A DNA stretch of 43,444 nt from Deltaproteobacteria bacterium (GTDB taxonomy: Bacteria > Desulfobacterota > Desulfuromonadia > Desulfuromonadales > Geopsychrobacteraceae), in the NCBI GenBank assembly GCA_013152145.1, contig JAADGW010000047.1, forward strand, positions 1-43,444, given 5' to 3'. The position numbers and the translations under genes were made by a program. Positions 1 to 8,908 of this stretch are shown here, piece by piece (the first letter of the stretch is position 1; every line of letters begins with the position of its first letter). The notes beneath the pieces were generated by a model. The model was not told where the DNA came from and did no database searches. It saw only the letters and a list, made by a program, of their open reading frames with translations.

Positions 1-683
1 CGCATATTGGGGACACAAACCTTGAGAGCCTCTTCAATTTTATGCAGCCGAGCCAGCCGCACCCTCTCCGTTGTTTTGGCGATCCGTTCGAGAAATGCCT
101 GTCCAAACGGATCATCCTCCAAACGGTAGCTTCCCAACTGATCGGCATGCTTCAACAACTGCGGAACAAGATGCAGATAGGTGACGTTGGCGAAGAAATC
201 CGCAAGAGTACGAAATTCCTTGTTGGTATTAATCTGCTCCAGATGGGTCTGAGTTAAGAGGTCTTTGTCGCTTTTATCTGCATCATTCGGACGATCAAGA
301 AGAACCTTCCCCGACTCCAGATTCTCCACACGTTCCTGACTGACCAGAACCCTCTGCTGTCCCTTACCCTCGCTTCGAAAACCAAGCGTGTATTTCCAGG
401 AAGGCTCGGTATCCGCCTTCTCAGAAATTTCGATTTCTATAGAAATTTCCGGATCCTTACGTGCCAATAAACAGCGAAGCTTAGTCATTCCACCACGATC
501 TTTCACCGCTTTCTGTAAACCACCGCCCTCAGGTTTAGCAACATCGCGCAAGAATCTGAGCACATCCAGCAGATTCGACTTGCCGGATGCATTTGGTCCA
601 ATAACGTAAACACGGTCGCGTAGGTGAATATCTATTTTTTTAAAATTCCGCCAGTTCTTAAGACTGAGTCTGGTAATCAACAT
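1..683 (-). CDS. AAA/SMC-RecF-like ATPase (5' part only; runs off the window)
   Basis: Not in the ORF track; translated by hand from ATG at 683: MLITRLSLKNWRNFKKIDIHLRDRVYVIGPNASGKSNLLDVLRFL. Walker A GPNASGKS with the typical N-terminal L.L.NW.NF strand. Frame is open to the window edge. Confidence 0.85.
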   Translation of the reverse strand, partial: MLITRLSLKNWRNFKKIDIHLRDRVYVIGPNASGKSNLLDVLRFLRDVAKPEGGGLQKAVKDRGGMTKLRCLLARKDPEISIEIEISEKADTEPSWKYTLGFRSEGKGQQRVLVSQERVENLESGKVLLDRPNDADKSDKDLLTQTHLEQINTNKEFRTLADFFANVTYLHLVPQLLKHADQLGSYRLEDDPFGQAFLERIAKTTERVRLARLHKIEEALKVCVPNM

Positions 684-739
684 GGCTCACTCCAATTCTA
701 AAAAATCGTAGAACAATCCCCAACAATGAAAGATCTGAA

Positions 740-2332
740 CTACATCACCCGCAACGCCAGCAGGTTGAGCAGACCGATCAGAAAACCGAGCAGGGCGCCG
801 AACAGGTTGATGTACTTGAACTGTTCCTGCATAATCCCCATCAGCAATCCTTCGACCTGCAGGATGTCGAGGCTGTTGACTTTTTCTTCCACCATTTTAC
901 GCACATTCAAGGTTTCCACCAACCGCGGTGCTTCCTTTTTCAGCATCTCTTCCACCAGTTGGCAAATCGCACCTTCCAGCTCCTGACGCAGATCACCCGG
1001 CAGTTTTGCCGACAGCAGGCCGAGCGGTTTACGGTAAAGCCACTCCTCGCTCTGCTCGGTCAGGATGGTCTCCAGCGCATTACGCGCCTCGGGTGAGCGG
1101 ATCAGCGCAAGCAGTTTGTCGGCCAGTTGCTCGCGGCTGCGCTCCACTCCGCCTTCCGGCAGAACGGTGTGCAGCAGGTTGTCGAAGGAGCGGTCCTTGA
1201 TCCGGTCGATGGCGCTTTCGGTCAGGATCAGTGCGGTATCGACGGTACGCCGCGACTGCACCGCTTCGACGATCTGGTCGCGAACAAAATGCCGCACCCC
1301 CCGGACCTTCTCGTAGGGCAGCTTTTCCAGGTAGCTGGCCAGGGAGCGATCGAGCAGCCCGTCAACCCGTTCGCGCAGCAATCTGGCCAACTGCTGCTGG
1401 GTCTTCTCCTCTTTCAGCCAGCCGGCGATCTCGTCCCCGGCCTTATCCAGAAATTCGGGAATTTTGTCGTAAATCTTGTCCAGATCGATAAAACCGCTGA
1501 GCAATCCGGCCAGACCGCCGAGGGAATCGAGAAAAGCATCGATCGCCTGTTTGCCCTTTTTCACCAGGCGCCCCCGGAACTCCGGGTCGTAAAGCATTCC
1601 GCCGAACTTCTCCACCAGCGGCGGCAGCTCTTTCTCCAGCTGCACCAGCAACAGCTCCACCAGATCGGCCGGCAGCAGTTCGCGCAAAGGGCGCTCACTG
1701 GCAAACAGCTTGTCGGTTTTCTGATCGACATAGCCGCCGACCGCCGCTGCCACCTTGGGTGAGCTGAAAAATTCCGCATATTTGCCGTCGAGATGCAGTT
1801 GCAGCCCGTGATACCGCTCCGGAGTCAGAAAGCTCGACAAATCCCGCGCCAGCAGCTGATCGCCCTGCCGTTGCAGGTAATCGCGCAGCTTAACGGCAAA
1901 GGCCTCACTCTGCAGGTAGTCGAAAACCAGCTTGACCAGCTTGCCGCGCAACAGCCCGACCAGCTCGCGAAACCGGACACGAAACCGGTCCGGCACCAGG
2001 GTTTCCAGTGGGCCGAGTTGACGATCAAGAAAAAAACTGAGCTTGTCGGTCACCGCCAGTCGCAGCTCACGCTGGATCGAGTCCTTGCCGAAGGCCCGGC
2101 CGACATCGTCAACGGTCAGGAGATGTTCACCGACCATCTCACCCATTTTTCTTGCCAGTTCACCCCGTTTGCTGGGAATGATCCCCGGAGTCAGCGGAAT
2201 CCGCAATCCGAGCAGGTGCCAGGGTTTAAGCGGCCGGAACAGCATGCGGATGGCCACATAGTTGGTCACATAGCCGATCAGCGCCCCCAGAAGGGGTGGT
2301 ATCAGATAGGGAAGATAGTGCTGGTATTCCAT
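740..2332 (-). CDS. DUF445 family membrane protein
   Basis: N-terminal GALIGYVTNYVAIRMLFRP and C-terminal FKYINLFGALLGFLIGL are DUF445 signatures. Start placed at ATG MEYQHYL. Confidence 0.85.
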   Translation of the reverse strand: MEYQHYLPYLIPPLLGALIGYVTNYVAIRMLFRPLKPWHLLGLRIPLTPGIIPSKRGELARKMGEMVGEHLLTVDDVGRAFGKDSIQRELRLAVTDKLSFFLDRQLGPLETLVPDRFRVRFRELVGLLRGKLVKLVFDYLQSEAFAVKLRDYLQRQGDQLLARDLSSFLTPERYHGLQLHLDGKYAEFFSSPKVAAAVGGYVDQKTDKLFASERPLRELLPADLVELLLVQLEKELPPLVEKFGGMLYDPEFRGRLVKKGKQAIDAFLDSLGGLAGLLSGFIDLDKIYDKIPEFLDKAGDEIAGWLKEEKTQQQLARLLRERVDGLLDRSLASYLEKLPYEKVRGVRHFVRDQIVEAVQSRRTVDTALILTESAIDRIKDRSFDNLLHTVLPEGGVERSREQLADKLLALIRSPEARNALETILTEQSEEWLYRKPLGLLSAKLPGDLRQELEGAICQLVEEMLKKEAPRLVETLNVRKMVEEKVNSLDILQVEGLLMGIMQEQFKYINLFGALLGFLIGLLNLLALRVM

Positions 2333-2339
2333 AAGCGAA

Positions 2340-3335
2340 TTATTGATCCATTTCAATGTGCGAGTGATCGCCGATATTCATCCGCCGCGGGGCACCGACC
2401 AGGCAGACCGAATCACCGAGCAGGGAATGATCGAGGATCAGGTTGCTGACCCGGTTATCGGCATTGATGATCGAGTCGCGAATCACGCTGTTTTCAATGA
2501 CACTGCCGGCCGCGATCGAAACATTCGGCCCGACAATCGAATTTTTAACCGTCGCCCCCCGCTCGATATGCACCGGCTCGATCAACACGCTGTCGATGGT
2601 CTCGCCGTGAATATGATGGCGGCCCTGCAACAGGAAGCGGTTGGTTTCAAGCAGGGTTTCCGGCTTGCCGCAATCGAGCCAGGCATCGATTTCCGGGGCC
2701 TTCAGCCGGATACCGGCTGCGATCATCCGCATGAAGACCGAGGGCAGGTAATACTCACCTTTAACCGTTTCACCGGCATCGATGGTCTTTTCGATGTGAC
2801 GCAGAAATCCGGCACCGTCCTTGAGGTAATAAAGACCGACCTGGGCCAGCCGGGAAACCGGCGTATCCGGCTTTTCAACCATATCGACGACATAACCGTC
2901 GCGCAGCACATTAACCCCGAAGCGCTGGTAATCCTCAACCTCTTTCGAATAGATCAAACCGTCGGCGTCGGCACAGAGCTGCGGAATCTGCGTCAGGTCG
3001 GTAACAAAAATGGTGTCGTTAAAAACTACCAGCAGATCATCTCCCTCTTTGACTTCCGTTGCCGCCAGGGCCACGGCATGCGCCGGACCGAGCCGCTCTT
3101 TCTGTACCAGGTAACAGCATTTAAGGTCGGGGAACTTGCGCCGCATGAAGTCAGCCACCTGCTGACCGTTTTCATCAATGATAAAAATATACTCTTCAAC
3201 CTCGATCACCTGCAGCCGTTCGATGATATGCTCCAGCACGGTTTTCCCGGCGACATGGACCAGCGATTTAGCCTTGGTATGGGTATGGGGGCGCAGGCGG
3301 GTGCCTTTACCGGCGACAGGAAGCACAACCTTCAT
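2340..3335 (-). CDS. Sugar-phosphate nucleotidyltransferase (glucose-1-phosphate thymidylyltransferase-like, with C-terminal left-handed beta-helix)
   Basis: LPVAGKGTRLRPHT..K, VEKP and WLDCGKPE motifs plus a hexapeptide-repeat C-terminus. Confidence 0.9.
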   Translation of the reverse strand: MKVVLPVAGKGTRLRPHTHTKAKSLVHVAGKTVLEHIIERLQVIEVEEYIFIIDENGQQVADFMRRKFPDLKCCYLVQKERLGPAHAVALAATEVKEGDDLLVVFNDTIFVTDLTQIPQLCADADGLIYSKEVEDYQRFGVNVLRDGYVVDMVEKPDTPVSRLAQVGLYYLKDGAGFLRHIEKTIDAGETVKGEYYLPSVFMRMIAAGIRLKAPEIDAWLDCGKPETLLETNRFLLQGRHHIHGETIDSVLIEPVHIERGATVKNSIVGPNVSIAAGSVIENSVIRDSIINADNRVSNLILDHSLLGDSVCLVGAPRRMNIGDHSHIEMDQ

Positions 3336-3362
3336 TTTTCCCTCCGTAACTGATGTTTATTG

Positions 3363-3411
3363 GTAAGACTATTCAGCAGCGCGCTGGATGGCCATCTGGC
3401 TGAAGAGTTAC
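3363..3411. mobile_element. MITE copy 1 (GTAA...TTAC inverted ends)
   Basis: GTAAGACTATTCAGC...GCTGAAGAGTTAC flanked by a perfect 8-bp direct repeat GTTTATTG (3355-3362 / 3412-3419). Confidence 0.8.
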
Positions 3412-3413
3412 GT

Positions 3414-3881
3414 TTATTGTTTGACCGTCTTCTGCGCTTGATCCAGAGTGAAAACCAGTGCGTCCGCTGTCGCGGCCGCGGGCTGAAACTGCAGCTCCCC
3501 CAGATCGACCCCTTTGATCAACAAATAGGTCGCCAGCAGTTCGCTGCGTTTCTCCGCCAATGTCTGGTCATAGTCGGTGCCGTACTCGGTTTTGACCTGA
3601 ACGTCGACCTGCCAGCGCAGCCCGGGATTGCGCAGTAAAAAAGCCGCCAGCGGATCGAGCAGCCGGGTTCCCCCCGGCAGCGGCAGAACCGCCCCGAAGC
3701 CGAACAGCGACTGGGCGGGATAACTGAACTGCAGCTCAGCGTCCGGCGAAACCCTGACCCCGGGAAGTTCGGCGAGCTGTGCGGATAACGCCACACGATC
3801 AAACTTGACCGGCGGGGGCCCGCTCGGTGGAACACAGGAGGTCAGCAGCAACAGGACAAGCCCGGCAAAAATCTTTTTCAT
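3414..3881 (-). CDS. OmpA-like (peptidoglycan-binding fold) lipoprotein
   Basis: Lipobox LLLTSC; degenerate OmpA motifs (SLFGFGA, TLAEKRSELLATYL). Confidence 0.65.
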   Translation of the reverse strand: MKKIFAGLVLLLLTSCVPPSGPPPVKFDRVALSAQLAELPGVRVSPDAELQFSYPAQSLFGFGAVLPLPGGTRLLDPLAAFLLRNPGLRWQVDVQVKTEYGTDYDQTLAEKRSELLATYLLIKGVDLGELQFQPAAATADALVFTLDQAQKTVKQ

Positions 3882-4459
3882 ATGGCCTCTTTTTCTCCCA
3901 TACTGCGCAACCGGGCAAAGGCCGGATGCTTAAACAGCGCGTCAAGCAGATAATCGGCCGCCAGCCCGTTAACCATACCACTGATCAGCGAAAAGAGCAG
4001 AAAGAACGGTAACATCATCCAGATCGACGGATGCCGGACGATCAACAGCCAGGCGATCAGCAACTGCCCACCGGCATGCCCCAGGGCACCGAGCACCGAC
4101 ACCCCGACCGGTCCGATCCGCGGCCGGCAGAATCGATATGCGACACTCATCAACAGGGTCGCCGACAAACCGCCGGAGAGAGAAAGCAAAAAAGCGGGGG
4201 AAAACAGGTTGCCGAGCAACAGGCTGCCGACCAGGATCCGTGTCAGACTGACAATCCAGAGCGCGCGCTGCCCGTAGAGGAAGAGGGCCGTCAAAGCGAG
4301 GATATTGGCCAGGCCGATGCGGAACCAGGGCAGCGGGTTCGGCAGCAATACCTCAAAGGTGTGCAGTGCCACCGCCAGCGCGATGAACAGAGCCAGAAAC
4401 ACCCGCCGCCGGACCAGCTCCAGCTCTAAAGCGGCCGGATCAACGGCTGAGGAAGTCAT
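3878..4459 (-). CDS. Gx transporter family / heptaprenyl diphosphate synthase component I-like membrane protein
   Basis: E.LLPNPLPWFRIGLAN and GVSVLGALGHAGGQL motifs; hydrophobic. Start placed at MTSSAV, overlapping the upstream gene. Confidence 0.8.
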   Translation of the reverse strand: MTSSAVDPAALELELVRRRVFLALFIALAVALHTFEVLLPNPLPWFRIGLANILALTALFLYGQRALWIVSLTRILVGSLLLGNLFSPAFLLSLSGGLSATLLMSVAYRFCRPRIGPVGVSVLGALGHAGGQLLIAWLLIVRHPSIWMMLPFFLLFSLISGMVNGLAADYLLDALFKHPAFARLRSMGEKEAI

Positions 4460-4841
4460 AACCACGCTCCCTTGCCACCGCATCAGCACCCTCGATCCTG
4501 ACCACCAGTCGGTTCGGCACACAGGCCAGCAGATCTCCCGGATGTCGCGCTTCTCCCATCCCGATACAGATTTTCCGCGAACAGGGAGAGCTGAGAATCC
4601 GCACCCCGCCGTCGGCAATCTGTAAAACCGTTGTCCCCAGAGGCCCGTTCAGTTCAACCCGCCGATCCACACTGAGATCGGCAACAAACAGCGTCCGATC
4701 CCCGGAAGTAACCAGCACCCGCGTCCCCACTCCCCGGCGTAACAGCAACAGAAAAGAGAGCAGCACGATAACCGCCAGAACGACCACCAGCTTGCAGTCG
4801 AAAGGGGTCAAACGTTGTAACCAGCCGCCCCGACGCATCAA
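4440..4841 (-). CDS. NusG domain II-containing membrane-anchored protein
   Basis: N-terminal TM helix and the pattern SPCSRKICIGMG...ACVPNRLVVRI. Confidence 0.85.
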   Translation of the reverse strand: MMRRGGWLQRLTPFDCKLVVVLAVIVLLSFLLLLRRGVGTRVLVTSGDRTLFVADLSVDRRVELNGPLGTTVLQIADGGVRILSSPCSRKICIGMGEARHPGDLLACVPNRLVVRIEGADAVARERGYDFLSR

Positions 4842-5824
4842 TCGCTCCGCTGCAGTCCGCTGGTCTGATAAACGGTTCCGTCTGCGGCAACCAGCAGGCC
4901 CTCGACCGCCGGCCAGTCTTCGAGAAGCTTCAACCCGGCCCGGGGACCAAGGACAAACGCAGCGGTCGCCAGAGCATCGGCACTGGCAGCATCGGCCGCC
5001 ACCACCGTAACGCTTTGTGAGCGGCGCGCCGGTTGGCCGCTGTGCGGATCGAAAATGTGATGATAACGCACCCCGTCCCGTTCGAAAAAGCGCTCGTAAT
5101 CCCCTGAGGTGACCACGGCACGATCGGCCAGCCGCAGGGTTGTCAACAGTTGACCCTTGTTCCGCGGATGCTGGATACCGATCCGCCAGGGCTGCCCCTG
5201 TCGATCACCGAGCAGCCCGATATCGCCGCCGGCATTCACCGCCGCCGAGCGGATCCCGGCCCGGCGTAACACCGCCAACGCCCGATCGACGGCGTAACCC
5301 TTGGCAATACCACCAAGGTCGACCTGCAAGGCAGGGACAGACTTGGTCACCTGGGTACCGTCGATTTGTAAAGCCCGGGGGCCAATGCCGTGCAGCGCAG
5401 TCTGCAACTGCTCGGCGGTCGGAATCTGCGGATGATCCGTTTCGATCGCCCAGAGTTGCTTCACCGCACCGAGGGTCATATCGAACGCCCCGCCACTCCG
5501 CAGGGCCACCTGTTGACCGAGTTGCAGCAGTTTTGCCGTCTCGGCACTGACCTTGACGGTCTTTTCGGCGGAAGAAAGCCGCGCTACATCGCTGTCCGGA
5601 CGATGACTGGAGAGCAGATCTTCCAGCCGCGTCATCTCGGCAAAGGCGTCACTGATCGCCTGGTTGAGCTGCTGCTGATCATCGCCGAAGGCCCTGATCT
5701 CCACCAGCGTTCCCATGATCAGAGCGGTCCGCGAAAGCTGCTGAGTATCGGCAGGAACCCGCCACCAGACCAGGCCGGCGATCAGCACCAGCAACAGAAT
5801 AAGCCATTGCGGCCGCGCGAACAT
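4838..5824 (-). CDS. apbE: FAD:protein FMN transferase ApbE
   Basis: MGT, GAFD.T, DLGGIAKGYAVD, VTSGDYER, YHHIFDP and ADALATA motifs. Confidence 0.95.
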   Translation of the reverse strand: MFARPQWLILLLVLIAGLVWWRVPADTQQLSRTALIMGTLVEIRAFGDDQQQLNQAISDAFAEMTRLEDLLSSHRPDSDVARLSSAEKTVKVSAETAKLLQLGQQVALRSGGAFDMTLGAVKQLWAIETDHPQIPTAEQLQTALHGIGPRALQIDGTQVTKSVPALQVDLGGIAKGYAVDRALAVLRRAGIRSAAVNAGGDIGLLGDRQGQPWRIGIQHPRNKGQLLTTLRLADRAVVTSGDYERFFERDGVRYHHIFDPHSGQPARRSQSVTVVAADAASADALATAAFVLGPRAGLKLLEDWPAVEGLLVAADGTVYQTSGLQRSD

Positions 5825-5827
5825 CGC

Positions 5828-7168
5828 CTACTCCTCGACGATCTCACCGATCAGATCGTACTCGGAAGAATCGGTGATCCGCAACTGAACAAACTGTCCG
5901 ACATCGGCCTGCCCGGCGGTAATCAGGTATTGACCATCGACGTCCGGTGCCTGCCGGGTACTGCGCCCCTTTAACAGCAGGTCCGTCTCTTCACTGTAGC
6001 CTTCCACCAGCACCGTCTCGATCCGACCGATCAGTGCCCGGTTTTTGTTGAAAGAAACCCGCGCCTGAGCTTTCATCAGGCGATTGAGGCGGCCTTTTTT
6101 GCTCTGCCCAGGCACCTGTTCCGGCAGCTTGGCAGCAGCCGTCCCCTCTTCGCGTGAATAGCGGAACACCCCGACCCGCTCGAAATGACCCTCTTCGACA
6201 AACTTGAGCAGCTTATCGAATTGTTCACGGGTTTCACCGGGAAAACCGACGATAAAGGAGGTGCGCAGCGTCAGATCGGGAATCTTATCGCGCAGTTTGG
6301 TAAGCAGCGCCCGGATCTGCTGCTCGTCGACCCGCCGGTTCATCACGGCGAGAATCTGGTCATCGATATGCTGCAGCGGGATATCCAGGTAATTGCAGAT
6401 TTTCTCTTGCGTGGCGATCAGCTCAATCAACTCGTCGGAAACACCGTCCGGATAGGCATAAAGCAGGCGAATCCAGTCAACATTCTCCACCTTCACCAAC
6501 TCTTTGAGTAACTTTTCGATCGTTGCCCCGTCACTGCGATCCCTCCCGTAAGCCGTGATATCCTGAGCGATCAGATTAATCTCCCTGACGCCCTGAGCAG
6601 CGAGATTGCGGGCCTCCTGCACGACTGAATCGATAGCGCGCGACCGCAGGGTGCCGCGCAGTTGCGGAATAATACAGTAGGAACAGTGGTTGGAACAGCC
6701 GTCGGCGATCTTGATGTAGCTGCTGTAAAAGGGTGAGGAGTTGACCCGCGGCGTCTGGTGGTCGTAAAGATAATCGGCGGTTCCGACCTCCTCACTGGGG
6801 GTGTCAAGCAGCAGTTGTCGCTCGATCAGTTCGACGATCCGCGGCGCCTCGGCGGTGCCCATGAACAGGTCGACCTCCGGCAGCTGTCCGCGCAGCTGAT
6901 CCCGGTAACGTTGCGGCAGGCAGCCGCTGACCACCAGCAGCTTGCAGTTGCCCGTCTCTTTGTAGTCGGCGACCTCGAGGATCGTATCGACCGACTCCTC
7001 CTTGGCATCATTGATAAAGGAACAGGTGTTGACGACGATGATATCGGCCTGACTTTCATCGGTGATAATTTCATACCGGTCGAGCGGCAGATGGCCGAGC
7101 ATCACCTCGGCGTCGACCAGGTTCTTCGGACAGCCGAGGCTGACCAGACTGACTTTGAGTTTATCCAC
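5828..7168 (-). CDS. rimO: Ribosomal protein S12 methylthiotransferase RimO
   Basis: [18 protein letters not shown], radical-SAM CSNHCSYC and a TRAM domain ending EYDLIG. GTG start at 7168. Confidence 0.95.
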   Translation of the reverse strand: MDKLKVSLVSLGCPKNLVDAEVMLGHLPLDRYEIITDESQADIIVVNTCSFINDAKEESVDTILEVADYKETGNCKLLVVSGCLPQRYRDQLRGQLPEVDLFMGTAEAPRIVELIERQLLLDTPSEEVGTADYLYDHQTPRVNSSPFYSSYIKIADGCSNHCSYCIIPQLRGTLRSRAIDSVVQEARNLAAQGVREINLIAQDITAYGRDRSDGATIEKLLKELVKVENVDWIRLLYAYPDGVSDELIELIATQEKICNYLDIPLQHIDDQILAVMNRRVDEQQIRALLTKLRDKIPDLTLRTSFIVGFPGETREQFDKLLKFVEEGHFERVGVFRYSREEGTAAAKLPEQVPGQSKKGRLNRLMKAQARVSFNKNRALIGRIETVLVEGYSEETDLLLKGRSTRQAPDVDGQYLITAGQADVGQFVQLRITDSSEYDLIGEIVEE

Positions 7169-7210
7169 GTAGTTTCCTGACGGGTTTTGATTTTTGTATA
7201 GCTTATTACG

Positions 7211-7329
7211 AACAGCGAGCAATTTTTACGAGATCAAGGAAAACAAGAATCGGCAGCGGCGGCGTACATCGTACACCGCACAAAGCCGATTCGCAATTTG
7301 ACACCGAGCTCGTGAAAAAGGACCGCTGC
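7211..7329. repeat. Long nested inverted-repeat element (REP-like) in the rimO-yajQ spacer
   Basis: Nested stems: CAGCG/CGCTG, TTTTTACGAGATC/GAGCTCGTGAAAAA, GAATCGGC/GCCGATTC, GCGGCGTAC/GTACACCGC. Resembles multicopy intergenic elements I recall from Desulfuromonadales; only one copy in this window. Confidence 0.55.
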
Positions 7330-7815
7330 CTACGACCGCATGTTTTCGAATTGCAGTTCGATGCCCAGGTCCTTCCCTTTCAGAGTCTGCATCACCGCCT
7401 GCAGGTCATCAATCTTTTTACCGCTGACCCGCACCTGATCCTCCATGATCTGTGCCTGCACCTTCAGCTTGGTGGCCTTGATCAGCGAGACTATCTCTTT
7501 CCCTTTTTCCTTGCTGATCCCCTGAACAATACCGGCCTTGACCCGCACGGCACCACCGGAGGCGGCCTCTTCTTTACCGTAATCAAAACATTTTGGAGAA
7601 ACCTTGCGCCGGACCAGTTTGGCGATCAGGATATCTTTGATCGCCTGTAGCTTGTAATCATCTGCGGCCAGAATCGTCAGCGACTCATTTTCCAGCGTCA
7701 GTTCGTTCTGGGTTCCTTTGAAATCGTAGCGCTGGCCGATCTCTTTGACCGCCTGATTAACGGCGTTGTCAACCTCCTGCTGGTCGACCTTGGAAACAAT
7801 ATCAAAACTGGGCAT
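7330..7815 (-). CDS. yajQ: YajQ family nucleotide / c-di-GMP-binding protein
   Basis: [30 protein letters not shown] and [11 protein letters not shown]. Confidence 0.95.
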   Translation of the reverse strand: MPSFDIVSKVDQQEVDNAVNQAVKEIGQRYDFKGTQNELTLENESLTILAADDYKLQAIKDILIAKLVRRKVSPKCFDYGKEEAASGGAVRVKAGIVQGISKEKGKEIVSLIKATKLKVQAQIMEDQVRVSGKKIDDLQAVMQTLKGKDLGIELQFENMRS

Positions 7816-8066
7816 TTATCTCCTCCTCGGTTCTATTTTAAACGGGTAAAAAACAAGGCTTTATACCACAAAACCGCTCCGGCATGAAACTGTCAGAACG
7901 GTTTATTTTGCACCACTTTAAAATTCAAGCAGGTCAGAATTTCTAACTGAGCTCTTCGTCTCGGCAAAGATTGCCATGAGCTCAGCTCAAAAAGTCCCGG
8001 CTCCCATAACCAACCATTGGGGATCGCGTAGTTGGCCAATGGCTCTGAAACTACCTTTGAAAGGGT

Positions 8067-8123
8067 GTAAGCTATTCAGCCGGATGGCCTCGGGGTGCCC
8101 ACTTCGCGTTGCTGAAGAGTTAC
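8067..8123. mobile_element. MITE copy 2
   Basis: GTAAGCTATTCAGC...GCTGAAGAGTTAC; flanks GAAAGGGT / GGAAGGGT match at 7 of 8 positions. Confidence 0.8.
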
Positions 8124-8171
8124 GGAAGGGTTACTCTATTCACTCAGAACGAGGGATTGGAAACTGAAGAT

Positions 8172-8729
8172 TCAACTCTTGGTTCTGGAAATCCGCGCGA
8201 CCAGATCCGCGACCTTGTCGATCCCATACCGGTTGGCCAGCGATTCCAGGCCGCTCTCGACCTCGTCGTAGGTCACTTCCTCCCGACTTTCCTCTTCCCG
8301 CTCGACATAGGTCAGGGTGTCAGAGCGACACACTTGAACACACATCGGCACGGGCAGGGTCGGATCGTCCGCGCACATATCGCACCTCAAAGGAAGACCG
8401 GAATCAGGCGCCTTGAACAGATCCCTGGCCGGACAGGATGCGGTACAGAAGGAGCACTCCGAGTACTCCTTGCCGTTGATCACATAGGTATTTCTGCCAT
8501 TGCATTCAGCAGGCGTATAATCACCGGCTCGGACAGGCACATACACATCCTTGCGGTCTTCCACAATCACCCGAATTCTCGACCTCGCCGGATTGGTACT
8601 GCTGAATTTCGGTACGGCGTGAAATCCAGAACAGGCCATCTCACAGGCACGGCAACCAATACATTTATCAAGGTCAACCTTTATTTCTTTAACGATTCTC
8701 TTTTTCGAACAGTCTTCCACGGTGACCAC
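8172..8729 (-). CDS. bamC: BamC-like 4Fe-4S subunit of a class II (tungsten) aryl-CoA reductase
   Basis: KKRIVK.I..D.DKC.GCRACE..CS.FHA.P..SS.NPARSR, GKEY.EC.FC.ASCP.RDLF..PDSGLPL.CD.C and C-terminal GLESL..R.G match my recollection of Geobacter BamC; adjacent to a BamB-like gene. Confidence 0.85.
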   Translation of the reverse strand: MVTVEDCSKKRIVKEIKVDLDKCIGCRACEMACSGFHAVPKFSSTNPARSRIRVIVEDRKDVYVPVRAGDYTPAECNGRNTYVINGKEYSECSFCTASCPARDLFKAPDSGLPLRCDMCADDPTLPVPMCVQVCRSDTLTYVEREEESREEVTYDEVESGLESLANRYGIDKVADLVARISRTKS

Positions 8730-8742
8730 CCTTTCACTCTAT

Positions 8743-8877
8743 GTAACTCTTCAGCAGGATGGCCTCGGGGTGCCCTCTTCAAGGGTGTCTGTCGCCTGGA
8801 TGGCGACAGTCAAGCCCCATGGATGGGTTCATGCGGCCCTTGGAGTGGGCAGCGCGAGGTCATCCATGAATAGTTAC
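8743..8877. mobile_element. MITE copy 3 (longest, 135 bp, internally folded)
   Basis: GTAACTCTTCAGC...TGAATAGTTAC flanked by a perfect 8-bp repeat CACTCTAT (8735-8742 / 8878-8885). Internal stems GGATGGCCTCG/CGAGGTCATCC and CTGTCGCC/GGCGACAG. Confidence 0.85.
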
Positions 8878-8908
8878 CACTCTATTTACTCTTTAACTGC
8901 CGAAGTCC

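Noticed and set aside
2343-3353. Long antisense ORFs in the track (e.g. 2343-3353 +, 8109-8873 +, 26237-27046 +, 28117-29250 +)
   Set aside because: They are shadows of well-supported genes on the opposite strand in GC-rich DNA and carry no recognisable motifs.
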